From positions 89,034,827 through 89,087,917 of the forward strand of contig NC_068981.1 in the NCBI RefSeq assembly GCF_001194135.2: a stretch of DNA of 53,091 bases, read 5' to 3'. Below the pieces are notes generated by a model. That model was not told the origin of the DNA, searched no databases, and saw only the letters and a list, made by a program, of their open reading frames with translations. A program made the position numbers and the translations under genes. Numbering within the stretch: the stretch's first letter is position 1; every line of letters begins with the position of its first letter. Shown here piece after piece: positions 1-11,376 of this stretch. Source of the stretch: Octopus bimaculoides (Eukaryota).

Positions 1-135
1 GCTGTTCTTTAATATGTTGGCCTGGTAGTTCTTTGTAGGTAGGCATTGATCTTAGGCTTCTATGATAAACCCCTCTGTTTCTGATTTCAAGCCAGAGGCC
101 ATTAGCCATTTATGGGTAAGGGCTTTGTCAATATC

Positions 136-138
<3 letters not shown>
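1..138 (-). mobile_element. R4/Dong-like (RLE) non-LTR retrotransposon fragment, post-RT region
   Basis: Minus strand translates TDIDKALTHKWLMASGLKSETEGFIIEA*DQCLPTKNYQANILKNS, matching the 'ETEGFI.A.QDQ.L.T.NY' motif of R4/Dong ORFs. It abuts (TTA)n at 138-187. Confidence 0.85.

Positions 139-187
<49 letters not shown>
138..187. repeat. (TTA)n microsatellite / LINE tail
   Basis: Perfect trinucleotide run seen directly. Confidence 0.95.
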
Positions 188-450
188 TGATGAAACGTCT
201 CAGCTTATTTTGCTGGGTATGATGGAAAATGTTAGCTGTCCACAACCAGTGGACTAAGGTGACACTTGTTTACTGGTCATGCTTTAAGTACCCTGTGGAT
301 AACTCTTGCATTTCCAAGCAATGATGATTTTTGTAGGTGTCCTATCTTTACGTTTGTACCAATCCTTTTGAGTCTCGCTAGTAGTCGAGTGCTGATACTT
401 CCAAACACGTTCTCAGCAACATTAAATGTCTTTGATCTCTGTAGGACATA
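188..450 (-). mobile_element. RLE-LINE 3' end fragment with (TAA)n tail
   Basis: Minus strand reads VFGSISTRLLARLKRIGTNVKIGHLQKSSLLGNARVIHRVLKA* (stop 277-279), the typical 'LQK..LLG.AR+..+VL' C-terminus. A short 3'UTR then runs into (AAT)n. Confidence 0.8.
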
Positions 451-485
451 ATATCCATAGAACTCCTAATGGATCATTCTTGCCC

Positions 486-700
486 TGAGCGAGATGACAG
501 AATCATTACTGCACCGGACACAATGCTCATAGGCATTTCTGCTGGTTTTACGTTCTGAATTCAAATTCCTTCGAGGTCAGCTTTACCTTTCATTCTTTCG
601 GGATCGATAAAATAAGTACCGGTTGTGCACTTCGATCGATGTAATCGACTTTACTCCTCCTTCGAATTTACTGGACTTGTTCCAAAATTTGAAACCATTA
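486..700 (+). mobile_element. SINE family C (tRNA-like head, decayed copy)
   Basis: Shares 'acgttctgaattcaaattcc..gaggtc..cttt.cctttcat.ctttcggg.tcgataaaataagtacc' with many other copies in the window. Confidence 0.8.
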
Positions 701-724
701 TTGTTATTATTATTATTTTTGTTG

Positions 725-1035
725 TTGTTCTGAAAGACTCGGATTGTTCTTAATTAACGGTTATTCCTTACTTGAAAGCAGGCAATAACAGATCACCAAA
801 GAGACAATACTCTCCTTAGAATGCGAGCTGTACCCAACAATGCTGTCTTCTGGATCACCTCCAATATTCTTTGGAATCTGCTCCAAAAACCATTGGAAAC
901 TGCTCCTAATGCTCCACTTACCACCGGTATCACCATTATTTTTCTCATGCCCCATAACTTTCCTATCTTGTCCCGCAGTGGCTGGAATTTCTCAATCTTA
1001 TCTGTTTCCTTAGATTTCACCCTCGAATCGCTATA
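725..1035 (-). mobile_element. RLE-LINE 3' end fragment (endonuclease C-terminus + 3'UTR)
   Basis: DSRVKSKETDKIEKFQPLRDKIGKLWGMRKIMVIPVVSGALGAVS...IQKTALLGTARILRRVLSL; the tail runs into (AAC)/(AAT) repeats near 700-730. Confidence 0.85.
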
Positions 1036-1230
1036 ACCTGAGGTATCTACAAGTTTTCGGTTGTCTTTCAAGTGCTTAGATCCGTCTTGATAATCCTTGC
1101 TATCCCTAAGAGACAAATTTCTGAAGGAGCTCTACTGGGCATTCTATTCCAATCGCACTCTGCCGTTTATCTATATCTTTGCTTCCTGTTCTCAGCGCAT
1201 CAATTGTTAGAGGCATGACCTTTACTGTTT
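1036..1230 (-). mobile_element. Second RLE-LINE 3' fragment, in tandem
   Basis: WSMKTVKVMPLTIDALRTGSKDIDKRQSAIGIECPVELLQK, then after a frameshift CLLGIARIIKTDLST* (stop 1068-1070). The 5' truncation abuts (TTA)n at 1231. Confidence 0.75.
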
Positions 1231-1350
1231 TCATGCTCCACATTATTATTATTATTATTATTATAATTATTATTATTATTATTATTATTATTATCATTGT
1301 TGTTGCTATTGTTGTTGTTTTTGTTGTTGTTGTTGATGCTATTATTATAA
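1231..1350. repeat. (ATT)n/(GTT)n compound microsatellite
   Basis: Seen directly. Confidence 0.9.
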
Positions 1351-1362
1351 TTAATATCATTA

Positions 1363-1580
1363 GGCGGCGAGTTGGCATAATCGTTAGCATACCGGGCGAA
1401 ATGCTTAGCAGTATTTCGTCTGCCGTTACGTTCTTAGTTCAAATTCCGCCAAGGTAGACTTTGCCTTTAATCCATTTGGGGTCGATGAAATAAGTACCAG
1501 TTATGCACAAGGGTCGATGTAATTAACTAGCCCCTTTCCCACAAAATTTTCAAGGCCTTGCGCTTAGAGTAGAAATAATA
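1363..1580 (+). mobile_element. SINE family C, well-preserved copy
   Basis: ggcggcgagttggcataatcgttagc (A-box-like) ... gttcaaattccgcc (B-box-like) ... gggtcgatgtaat; same family recurs many times. Confidence 0.85.
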
Positions 1581-1621
1581 AAAACAATAATAATAAAAAT
1601 AGTAATAATGATAATAATTAC

Positions 1622-1992
1622 TATTATCACCTCCACCTTAGTGAAGGTGGAGGTATTGTTTCCAGTCATGCTTGTTTGTTTGTTTCTTCGTGGACAAGAT
1701 ATCTCAAGAACCGCTGAATGGATGTGAATGAAACTTTCAGGGATATATGGCCTCGTGACTGGCACGAACTGATTACATTTGGGGATCGATCCGATACCGG
1801 ACAAGGATTCTGCATTATTTTTCCTGTTTTTTACTTAACCATTGGGAGCAGTTGGATTCAATTTTAGTATTCTTGTTTCTGGGAGCAGTTGAGCTTATTT
1901 CAGATATTCTCATTTTAAAAATCATCTCTCGCTAATCGTTGAGAGGGCGCTGGTGTTGCCTTGGTGGAGAGTTGCACCCTCTGAGTGCTCTT
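1622..1992 (+). mobile_element. DINE-1/HINE-like non-autonomous Helentron-type element
   Basis: 5' hairpin acctccacctt-agtg-aaggtggaggt (1629-1654), short gttt repeat, 3' subterminal ggtggag (1963-1969) complementary to ctccacc, and terminal gcac..gtgc mini-hairpin (1974-1988). Confidence 0.6.
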
Positions 1993-2128
1993 CTTCTTCT
2001 TCTTCTTCTTCTTCTTCTTCTTCTTCTTCTTCTTCTTCTTCTTCTTCTTCTTCTTCTTCTTCTTCTTCTTCTTCTTCTTCTTCTTCTTCTTCTTCTTCTT
2101 CTTCTTCTTCTTCTTCTTCTTCTTCTTT
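1989..2128. repeat. (TTC)n microsatellite
   Basis: Long perfect run; source of the poly-K/L/S ORFs in the track. Confidence 0.97.
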
Positions 2129-3001
2129 ATCGTTGCATAAACCAATGGAATATTGGTATATTTATTATTGCTATTCCTTTCTTCTGAACAAATAACAATT
2201 ATCTCCTTAAAATAATACAATAGAAAGCAACAGAAATAATGTTAAGAAAATTGTTGGTGAATGTTTAAATGTACTTTGCTTTTCCCTAAGTAGATTTTAG
2301 AATATTTTTCATTTATCTTTTGTTGCTTAAGAATTAATATGTCCTAATATACCAATTATGAGCCAACACCAGTACAAATGTGACTAAAGAAACAATAATT
2401 GGTACGAAATAAATAGCTAAAGGCTTGCTGAATAATGGAAAACTACAGCAAATATAAGACAGACGTAAGTAAATGAAAGAATCCTCAATAGATGAAAAAA
2501 AAGCAAGCGAACAAGTGTGAAAAGATGGGTTATATTCAATCTAGAAGGAAAAAAGAAAACATTGAAACAAAATGAAAAAGTGAAAGGATAAAAGGAGAGC
2601 AAATTGAGTATTTGCAAACCTCTCAGTTTTGTTTTGTATGTGTGTGTGTGTGTATGTGTGTCCGTCCGCACGCTTACATGTACATGTATATTTGTATATG
2701 TATATATATANNNNNNNNNNNNNNNNNNNNNNNNNNNNNNNNNNNNNNNNNNNNNNNNNNNNNNNNNNNNNNNNNNNNNNNNNNNNNNNNNNNNNNNNNN
2801 NNNNNNNNNNNNNNNNNNNNNNNNNNNNNNNNNNNNNNNNNNNNNNNNNNNNNNNNNNNNNNNNNNNNNNNNNNNNNNNNNNNNNNNNNNNNNNNNNNNN
2901 NNNNNNNNNNNNNNNNNNNNNNNNNNNNNNNNNNNNNNNNNNNNNNNNNNNNNNNNNNNNNNNNNNNNNNNNNNNNNNNTATATATATATATACATATAT
3001 A

Positions 3002-3034
<33 letters not shown>

Positions 3035-3393
3035 GCAGGTATATATGCATACACATATATATGCGTGTGTATGTGCATGTGCATGCGCCTGTGTGTGTGT
3101 GTATGTGTGTATATTACAAATTATGCGAAAGTAGTTCTATACATATACTTTTCATCATCCTACAAGTTTTAATATATAAGGATATTTTTCTCTTTGAAGG
3201 CATAAATAGTTATCAAACAAATTTATGGAACCAATTCCTCCAGATTCATTGAAGGAAACTAGAAAAGCAATAAAACTGAAGTAGTTTCATATCCACTGCA
3301 TATTGTATTAAACACCTTGTCTCGCCAAGATTTCCTCAATCGCTACCTTTTTTTTGATCGTCGTGTTTCAAAATGTTCATATTATTACACTTG

Positions 3394-3605
3394 GTAAGGT
3401 GTGGAGCTGGCAGAATCGTTAGCATTCTGGACAAAATGCTTGGCGGCATTTTGTCTGTCTTAACGTTCCGAGTTCCGAGGTCAACCATGCATTTTATCCT
3501 TTTCTGAGTGAATGTAATATGTACCAGTTGAACAATGGGTCCGATGTAATTGACTTACCTTCTCTCCTTAACTTGCTGGCTTTGTGCCAAAATTTGAAAC
3601 CTAAT
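3394..3605 (+). mobile_element. SINE family C, decayed copy
   Basis: gagctggcagaatcgttagc...gggtccgatgtaattgac...ttgtgccaaaatttgaaac. Confidence 0.8.
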
Positions 3606-4137
3606 TACTACATACATATGTGTAAGTATGTATTAATGTACATAAGCACAGTTTTTCTTTCATGTTATTCTTTTTCATTAGGATTTCTCATTGTTCCTTA
3701 ACAGCCTTTTTATGTTTAGTCGAAAGATGTTCTCTAAACGTATTTGTCCATTAATATTTTAAGACATTTCTCCTCTCATCGTTAAATAGACGATATGATA
3801 ACAATGGCGTGTTCTTTGCGATTTCCCGTGGGTCGTAAGTATCATGGAATCTTTGTTATAATTGATAAAATCGTCAATACCGGATTTAAAACTCAGAGAT
3901 TAAGTATTCAATATATGTTATAATTTATTTCATATGTTACAAATGTATTTACTTTTCGCTTTATAAGTATTTATAGTTGCAAGTCCATACAGTCACACAC
4001 GCATACATCTACTCCGTAGCTGTGTATATGCGTATTTGTGTGTGTGTGATAATTATACTGGTTAGCAAATTGAGATGAAACCTTATTGCGGTGGAGAAAG
4101 CAGGCATTCCTTGTTCTTTTACTTCTATTCAGTGATT

Positions 4138-4523
4138 GTGGAGGCGCAATGACCCAGTGGTTAGGGTAGCGGACTCGTGGTCATAGGATCGCGGTTTTGA
4201 TTCCAAGACCGGGCGTTGTGAGTGTTTATTGAGCGAAAACACCTAAAGCTCCACGAGGCTCCGGCAGGGGATGGTGGTGAACCCTGCTGTACTCTTCCAC
4301 CACAACTTTCTCTCACTCTTACTTCCTGTTTCTGTTGTACCTGTAATTCAAACGGTCAGCCTTGCCACACTGTGTCACGCTGAATATCCCCGAGAACTAC
4401 GTTAAGGGTACACGTGTTTGTGGAGTGCTCAGCCACTTGCACGTTAATTTCACGAGCAGGCTGTTCCGTTGATTGGATCAACTGGAACCCTCGATGTCGT
4501 AAGCGACGGAGTGCCAACAACAA
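4138..4523 (+). mobile_element. SINE family A (tRNA-derived head)
   Basis: ggaggcgcaatgacccagtggttaggg (A-box-like 4150-4160), ggttttgattcc (B-box-like 4193-4204), and a body shared with the copy at 42382. Confidence 0.8.
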
Positions 4524-4699
4524 TATTCAGTCATTGGATTGTAGTCATGCAATGAAATCTTCTGGTCGATTTATTAATCGATCAAGGCGGCTCAATGCTT
4601 ATTCCATCAATATCTGTTTTTGTCGAACCGTTACACTACAGCGACGTAAGCAACGCTACACCTTTTGCCAAGCGGTGTATATTTAACGATTCGTCCTGC

Positions 4700-4785
4700 A
4701 CGGTGTTGTAGAAGACACTTACCGAAGGTGCAATGTCACGAGACTGAAACCTTAACCTTGTGGTTGGGAAGCAATCTCTTTAACG
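4700..4785 (-). mobile_element. SINE family B head fragment
   Basis: gaagacactt..aaggtgc...gtggttgggaagcaa is the reverse complement of the head at 22136. Confidence 0.6.
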
Positions 4786-4997
4786 ACAGAGAGAGTTAAA
4801 TATAGTCATGAATAAGTAATTAATTTATTCTATTTAATTATGAAGTTTGAGTTTTATTAAATTACTTCATAAACATAAATGGTATACGATATTTATTATC
4901 TGCGACGTGTTGTTGGATTAATAATTCTTTGTAATATAGGCAGAAAAGAAGGCAATGTCCTGACAGAGGCCTGGTAGTCAATCATCGGTCCTGCTTT

Positions 4998-5060
4998 ATG
5001 ATTACGAAGATGACTCATGAGTCCAGCTTTACTGAGGCACGGTCTTGCACAGACACTGCA
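4998..5060 (-). pseudogene. Isolated C2H2 zinc-finger coding remnant (probably the C-terminus of an RTE-type LINE)
   Basis: CSVCARPCLSKAGLMSHLRNH has canonical C-x2-C-x12-H-x3-H spacing; upstream in frame is only (TACA)n. Confidence 0.55.
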
Positions 5061-5063
5061 TAT

Positions 5064-5077
5064 CATACATACATACA

Positions 5078-5105
<28 letters not shown>
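5064..5105. repeat. (TACA)n microsatellite
   Basis: Seen directly. Confidence 0.9.
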
Positions 5106-5109
<4 letters not shown>

Positions 5110-5889
5110 AGTATTATAATGTTAGGGGAATTTCAAAATTCGAACTTACAAGGATATACAATTTAATAATATCAAATTGAATTATATAATGAAAAATATA
5201 TTAATAATTTAGAGAAGAACCACCACGGTGCAACTCAAACGATGAAGGAGATCAGACACTATCAAGAAAAGCGTACTATACAAAATACTAATTTAAAAAT
5301 CTAAAAAAATCCAAGGGAAAATTTGTAATCCATAAAATCTATAAAATATTAAATTAAAAATTTAATTCAGTTTAGTAAGATACAGAAATAAATTTATTTC
5401 TCAAACGCGTGATAATGCTATAAATAGCTTGATCAGGATAAATTATCCATATAATGCAGAAAAATACGTTACCGGCCAAATGCTTCTAAAGACAAACTTT
5501 GTTTACTTTCATCGTAAAGTTGAATTTTTCAGTTTAGTAAATTTATAAAATCGAAAGTGAATAATAGACTACGCGCGTTTCATGGCCACATAAAAGTGGA
5601 AAAGATCTGGGAAATTTACAATAAATCGATCAAGATAAATACCACTCAGAATGAGGACACTCTTCAGGTCTTGTAACTTCAAAAAAGCTTCTTCATTGGA
5701 ATTTCAACAAGTTCTTTTGTATGTATATATATATATATATATATATNNNNNNNNNNNNNNNNNNNNNNNNNNNNNNNNNNNNNNNNNNNNNNNNNNNNNN
5801 NNNNNNNNNNNNNNNNNNNNNNNNNNNNNNNNNNNNNNNNNNNNNNNNNNNNNNNNNNNNNNNNNNNNNNNTATACATATATATATATA

Positions 5890-5928
<39 letters not shown>

Positions 5929-6051
5929 ATGTATGTATGTATACATGCAGATCTGTATGTTTGTTTAATGTATATTTTATCGTGCATATAGCCGCATCTC
6001 TAGACACGCTCATATATACTGAAATGATAAACTGGAAAGTTTTACAAATTT

Positions 6052-6410
6052 TTATAGATCCAGTGATTGTTCGATCAGTAGTATTCGTATCAGCTTTTCT
6101 GCTTTTGAAAAACCTAATTTCTCAAGATGGGTACTTAGGCAGTGTGTTACATATCTCGGTGTCCCAATAATTACAGGTATAAACCTGAACTTGTAATTTG
6201 GAAAGAGAAGCTGTATATTTTTCAATAGTTCAGCGTGGGTATTTTCTTTTTCGCTGATCTTTGGCTTTATGTTAACATCCGATGGGCAACTCATATCCAC
6301 AACAGTATACAATTTCTCTTCTCCATCCCACATTTCTAAGTCAGGTTTGTTATGTTTACATTTTGTTGCGGTTTTCACTGGGACATTCCACCAGTACTCC
6401 TTTTTATCAT
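6052..6410 (-). mobile_element. RLE-LINE endonuclease-domain fragment (divergent lineage)
   Basis: EYWWNVPVKTATKCKHNKPDLEMWDGEEKLYTVVDMSCPSDVNIKPKISEKENTHAELLKNIQLLFPNYKFRFIPVIIG: PD-x-D-x-K restriction-like endonuclease motif. Confidence 0.85.
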
Positions 6411-6556
6411 GGCTATGGCTATGTATGTATGTATATATGTATGTATGTATGTATGGCAATGGCTATCTATGTATTATAGCTATGGCTATGTAAGTATGTA
6501 TGTATAGCTATGGCTTTGTGTGTATGTACGTACGTGTGTATTTATGTAAGCATGTA

Positions 6557-6581
6557 TCTATCTATCTATCTATCTATGTTT

Positions 6582-6622
<41 letters not shown>

Positions 6623-6858
6623 ATAGAAGGCATCCAACGGATTTCTATCAGCCAAATTTCCCGCATTAGGTCACGGATGGCCGACGATGCTGCAGAGCGG
6701 ATTGAACTGGAGGCCATGTTATTATGAACCAAATATATTAAAAATGTAGCTTTGCGTACGCCGAAGCCTAGTCCGTGTATTATTTTGGGTTAATTTGTGG
6801 AAGTTTCTTACCTAATGTAATTTCTCTCTTACTCTGTGTCTGTCTGTCTGACTATTCA

Positions 6859-6915
<57 letters not shown>

Positions 6916-6940
6916 GTCTCTCTCTCTCTCTCTCTCTCCC
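6557..6940. repeat. (TCTA)n at ~6557-6620 and (TGTC)n/(TC)n at ~6838-6940
   Basis: Seen directly. Confidence 0.85.
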
Positions 6941-7464
6941 TTTCTCTCTTTGTTGTATGTGTCCAATATTTATCGTCTTATATGGTAACCAATTAGCGAC
7001 TATGTTTACAAAATGATGAGTCAGTGAAAATTATGAAGCCAAATACTATTCCATTAATTAATCGATTATCATAAATAATGAATGTTTGTTCATTAGATCA
7101 AACGCTTATGCACATATTAAGTTACGATCGAGTTCAAATCACGAAATCGTGTAGGTTAATTCCCAACACAAAACGAACAAACACAGAACAGACAATAAAA
7201 AAATGTTTCCAAAGTGAAATTTATTGTCTGTCTAGCAATTACACTACGAAGAATATATCAGAGTCACTTACGAATTATCCACATAGCCGCATGATCTGCT
7301 CGAAATAGTTATGCCTATTTCATGTCGTGCCCTAATATTGTAGTGAAATGGACAATGCAGCATTAGGTGTATAATGTCTGAACAAGTAACGGTTTTTTTT
7401 TTCTTTCCATAAAACAATTTACTTTCTCAACTTTAAATATTACGTGCATATACATATGTGCCAG

Positions 7465-7511
<47 letters not shown>

Positions 7512-7841
7512 ACACACACACACACACGCACACACACACACATATGTATAAAAGAATATCAGGATAAAAATCACGTTAATGTCAGTATGCTATAAAAATT
7601 CATAGGCAATTAATACATTAAATTTATAATAATATACATATGTATATAATTATATCAAGGGGGATCGGGCGAAAACGACTTTTCTCCAGCACACTTGAAG
7701 TGCCGATACTTTCAAAAACTATCACAAACTCCAAAACATTGGACGGTATGTACAATATTTGTTTTATGTTTAGTTATAATAAAAACAATTTTATATAAAT
7801 CTGATGGCTTACTCTATACTTTTGTGGAGTACAAACTTATT

Positions 7842-7964
7842 ATTCTTATACAAGAATGTTGCTCACAGTGACTTTGATGTTTCACCCAGCTAACTCATCG
7901 GCCCGCGATGGCTTAGCAGCCCGAGACTTTGAAGTCACTGTCAACAACATTCTTGTATAAGAAT
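7842..7964. mobile_element. 123-bp MITE with ~32-bp terminal inverted repeats
   Basis: attcttatacaagaatgttgctcacagtgact versus the reverse complement of agtcactgtcaacaacattcttgtataagaat (2 mismatches); decayed second copy at 17668-17776. Confidence 0.75.
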
Positions 7965-9764
7965 CATGTGTGTCTGTGTTTGCGTATGCGTGTGTCTGTG
8001 TGTGAGTGTGTGTGAGTGTTTGTGTGTGTGTGTGTGTGTGTGTGCGGGTGCGTGTGTGCGGGTGCGTGTGTGTGTATGTGTGTGATACAGTGATCTTGCA
8101 TGAGAAATATATCAAGGTTGCAAATATTTCTGGAAGTATGCAGTCGGGTGACTTGCCCGGACCAATACAACACTTCCACGCCAAACGGGTTTGGGTTGTA
8201 TGGTTTAAGTCACTTTGGCTATCTTAAAGTTTGTCAACTGACCTGGTCGAACCTGGTCGCAGACAGTTCGTTATCTATTTATCTATTCAGCAACATTTAG
8301 TAATATTCGTCATTGATTTAATTATTTCATCTATTGAAATATTTCACATCGCACATCCTATGACACCCATGATTTCAAAGCACCCTGGTTCGGGTTCTTA
8401 CACATGCTATTGAAGCTGTTGTTGGAAATCTAACAGGTGTTACTATGCAGGATCAGAGTTGATCTGGAAATGATAGTGACTAAGAAGTCGTTTCACACTT
8501 TTCAAAATACTTGATCTATCGAATCAAGGCCTCTCAATTAGATTCAGTTTGAAGTCATATCCAGGACTGCCGAATACTGAAACACGAACACTAATTTAAT
8601 GATTAGCTTGTTCCGTTGGCTGAACAACTGAAACGTTCGTTCTAGTGTCCATTATATATGTATCCCTGGTGTGCATGTGCGTGTGGGGTGTACAAGGGTA
8701 ATTGTGCTTATATGTGCTTGTGTTTGTCCGTGTGTAGAAGTGAGAATAATAAAATGACATAAAATGTATTTAATGAAGAAATGAGTTTATCTAACACTAT
8801 AACATTAATCAGTAGAACCTAATGTTGCGTTTTAAATGTATAATTTTGAAACGTATGTGTCACACGAATATATGTCTGGACGCAAAATTGATTTACTGCG
8901 GTGTTAAAGCTATCGTATTTCGCTATATTCTTATTACATGTGGTAATGTGCACCGTTGTCAACGCGCTTCGATACAGATTGACGCATACAAGTATACATA
9001 CACAAGCATACACCTACATATCATACCATATGTTCTGCCTTTGGCAAACGCTGATAGTCCGTTTTAACTGATAATTTGTGACATGAAAGCAACAAACACG
9101 ATTGGAGTTCCTAGACAACTGGTCGAAATCTCTGATAAGAAATAATTGAATTATATAGCAGCTTTCTATTAACGAAATATTTTAAAATGAACTACTTCAA
9201 AGAGAATTCGCAGGGCGATATTTAACGCATCGTAGAAGAGATGAGAATTTGTTACATACTCGGAGATTTTCACATCGACATTCTTACAAAGGTATAATCT
9301 TTTTCCACAAATCATTAGACGAATACGCTATAATTTTAGTTCTAGTATTGTTGGTGTCATTGTTAGACTATTTTAAATTCAGTTACATATACAAATTTGA
9401 CCAATTTTAATAAAGATTGAACAATAAGAGAATTTTCGAAAGACAGCTATAAACAATTGATTAAGCATTTGTTCCAACTACCCACGAAATGCCTAGAAGC
9501 ATATTTGATCTCAGTGGAAAATGAAGTTCGGGTAAAAAGGAGCTTAATTAGATACTACAAATAATTGAGATTTTCAATACTCATTCTCTTAATCTGCTGC
9601 CTTTCGATTTTTAATTGTATCTGTAATTAGTTCATAAACACTTATATGTTAATAGATGGGTACTTTCTATAAAATCAACTTCCAGTGATTCTTCATGCGT
9701 ATGTATGAAACTGAGAGAGCGCTATATTATAAATACAATACACACATCTATATCTGCATGTATG

Positions 9765-10112
9765 GGCTTCTTTCAGTTTCCGTTTACCAATTCCACCTAC
9801 AAAGCTTTGGTTGGTCCGAGGCTATGATAGAAGATATTTACAGAAGGTGCTACGCAGTGGGACTGAACCTGGAACAAAACTTTTCACTACATCACCATGA
9901 ACGCGGTGAGTAAGGAGAATCGTTAGCATACAGGGAAAGGTGCTTAGAATCATTTCGTCCGTCTTTACGTTCTGAGTTCAAATTCCACCGAGGTTGACTT
10001 TGGCTTTCATGCTCTTGGAGTCGATAAAATAAGTACCACTTTTTGTGTTGTGCTCGATGTAATCGATTTACCCATTTCCATGAAATTGCTGGCCTTGAGC
10101 CAAGTTGTTCAA
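9765..10112. mobile_element. SINE B head (-, ~9765-9905) back-to-back with SINE C (+, ~9911-10112)
   Basis: Motifs shared with the other B and C copies in the window. Confidence 0.75.
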
Positions 10113-11302
10113 CTAATATATTTTATTGGCCCTGAAAATATAAAAGAAAAAGGTAATCTCNNNNNNNNNNNNNNNNNNNNNNNNNNNNNNNNNNNNNNNN
10201 NNNNNNNNNNNNNNNNNNNNNNNNNNNNNNNNNNNNNNNNNNNNNNNNNNNNNNNNNNNNNNNNNNNNNNNNNNNNNNNNNNNNNNNNNNNNNNNNNNNN
10301 NNNNNNNNNNNNNNNNNNNNNNNNNNNNNNNNNNNNNNNNNNNNNNNNNNNNNNNNNNNNNNNNNNNNNNNNNNNNNNNNNNNNNNNNNNNTATATATAA
10401 GAAATTAAAAAAGGAAAATACACACACTTTACATAGTTTTCATATAATTTTTAATATATCGACCGGTTTCGCTTTCGCTATTCATGATATTATGGCTTAC
10501 TTATTTGAATATGCATTTTCTTAAGAAGAAAGTTTTGTCCATTTTGTGTGTGTTGACATTTACGAGTGAATGACATCACAGGTAGAAAAATAAGGAGAGG
10601 TAATTGGTTATCGTTATTATTGTTATTGTTGTGGGCCTTCGGTAAGTGGAGGGGAATATATATGTGTACACACAAAAAAGGGGGTTTCGAAAAACTTGCT
10701 TTGTGAGGGGATTTATGTACAGTGATGTAATCGTGAATTGAAATATGTAAAAAGATTATTGTTGGTTATGCGTGCATATTAAGACATGTTCTGTATTTTT
10801 CAATGAAAACATTTTCTTTATTTAAACGTTCTTGAGGAGAAAGGGGAAGACTGTGAACAGAACTTCTTAATTTTTCCTTTTTATCTATGTTCACAGAACA
10901 CTCCAGTACAGCAAAGATTAAATAAAGAGGCAACTTTAATAAATATCATCCACAACTCGATATGAATACACTTAATACAGGACACTCACTACTAACCTTA
11001 CCAATGCCAATAATTCCCACTAATCTCCATATATCCCTTACACCATTCATTTTCCAGTATTTATATCCACCTTAATTGGATCACTTCCGGAACTGCTTAC
11101 CTCCCTTGCATGCAATATTTTCACTCAGGTACTATTAGACCCAAAACCATAAAGAATTATATACTTCATTATTCCACCTCAAATAATCTAATTGTATGTA
11201 TATACCTTTATTTAAAAAAAAAAGCCTTTATTTTTTTAATATCTAATGTGCATTTTCTCTGTTTTGTTTTTACTCCCCCCCCCNNNNNNNNNNNNNNNNN
11301 NC

Positions 11303-11372
<70 letters not shown>

Positions 11373-11376
11373 CATA

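Noticed and set aside
1915-2220. Poly-K, poly-L and poly-S ORFs
   Set aside because: Translations of the (TTC)n microsatellite
2435-2470. ATG...MENYSKYKTD followed by gtaagt
   Set aside because: Purine-rich low-complexity context with no other support; likely chance
4138-4215. tRNA-like sequence with A/B boxes (also at 22136 and 42382)
   Set aside because: Continues into a shared SINE body with no acceptor stem or terminator, so these are SINE heads rather than tRNA genes
8402-8576. Minus-strand acceptor (gtgttcgtgtttcag) and donor (gtaaga)
   Set aside because: All frames between them contain stops
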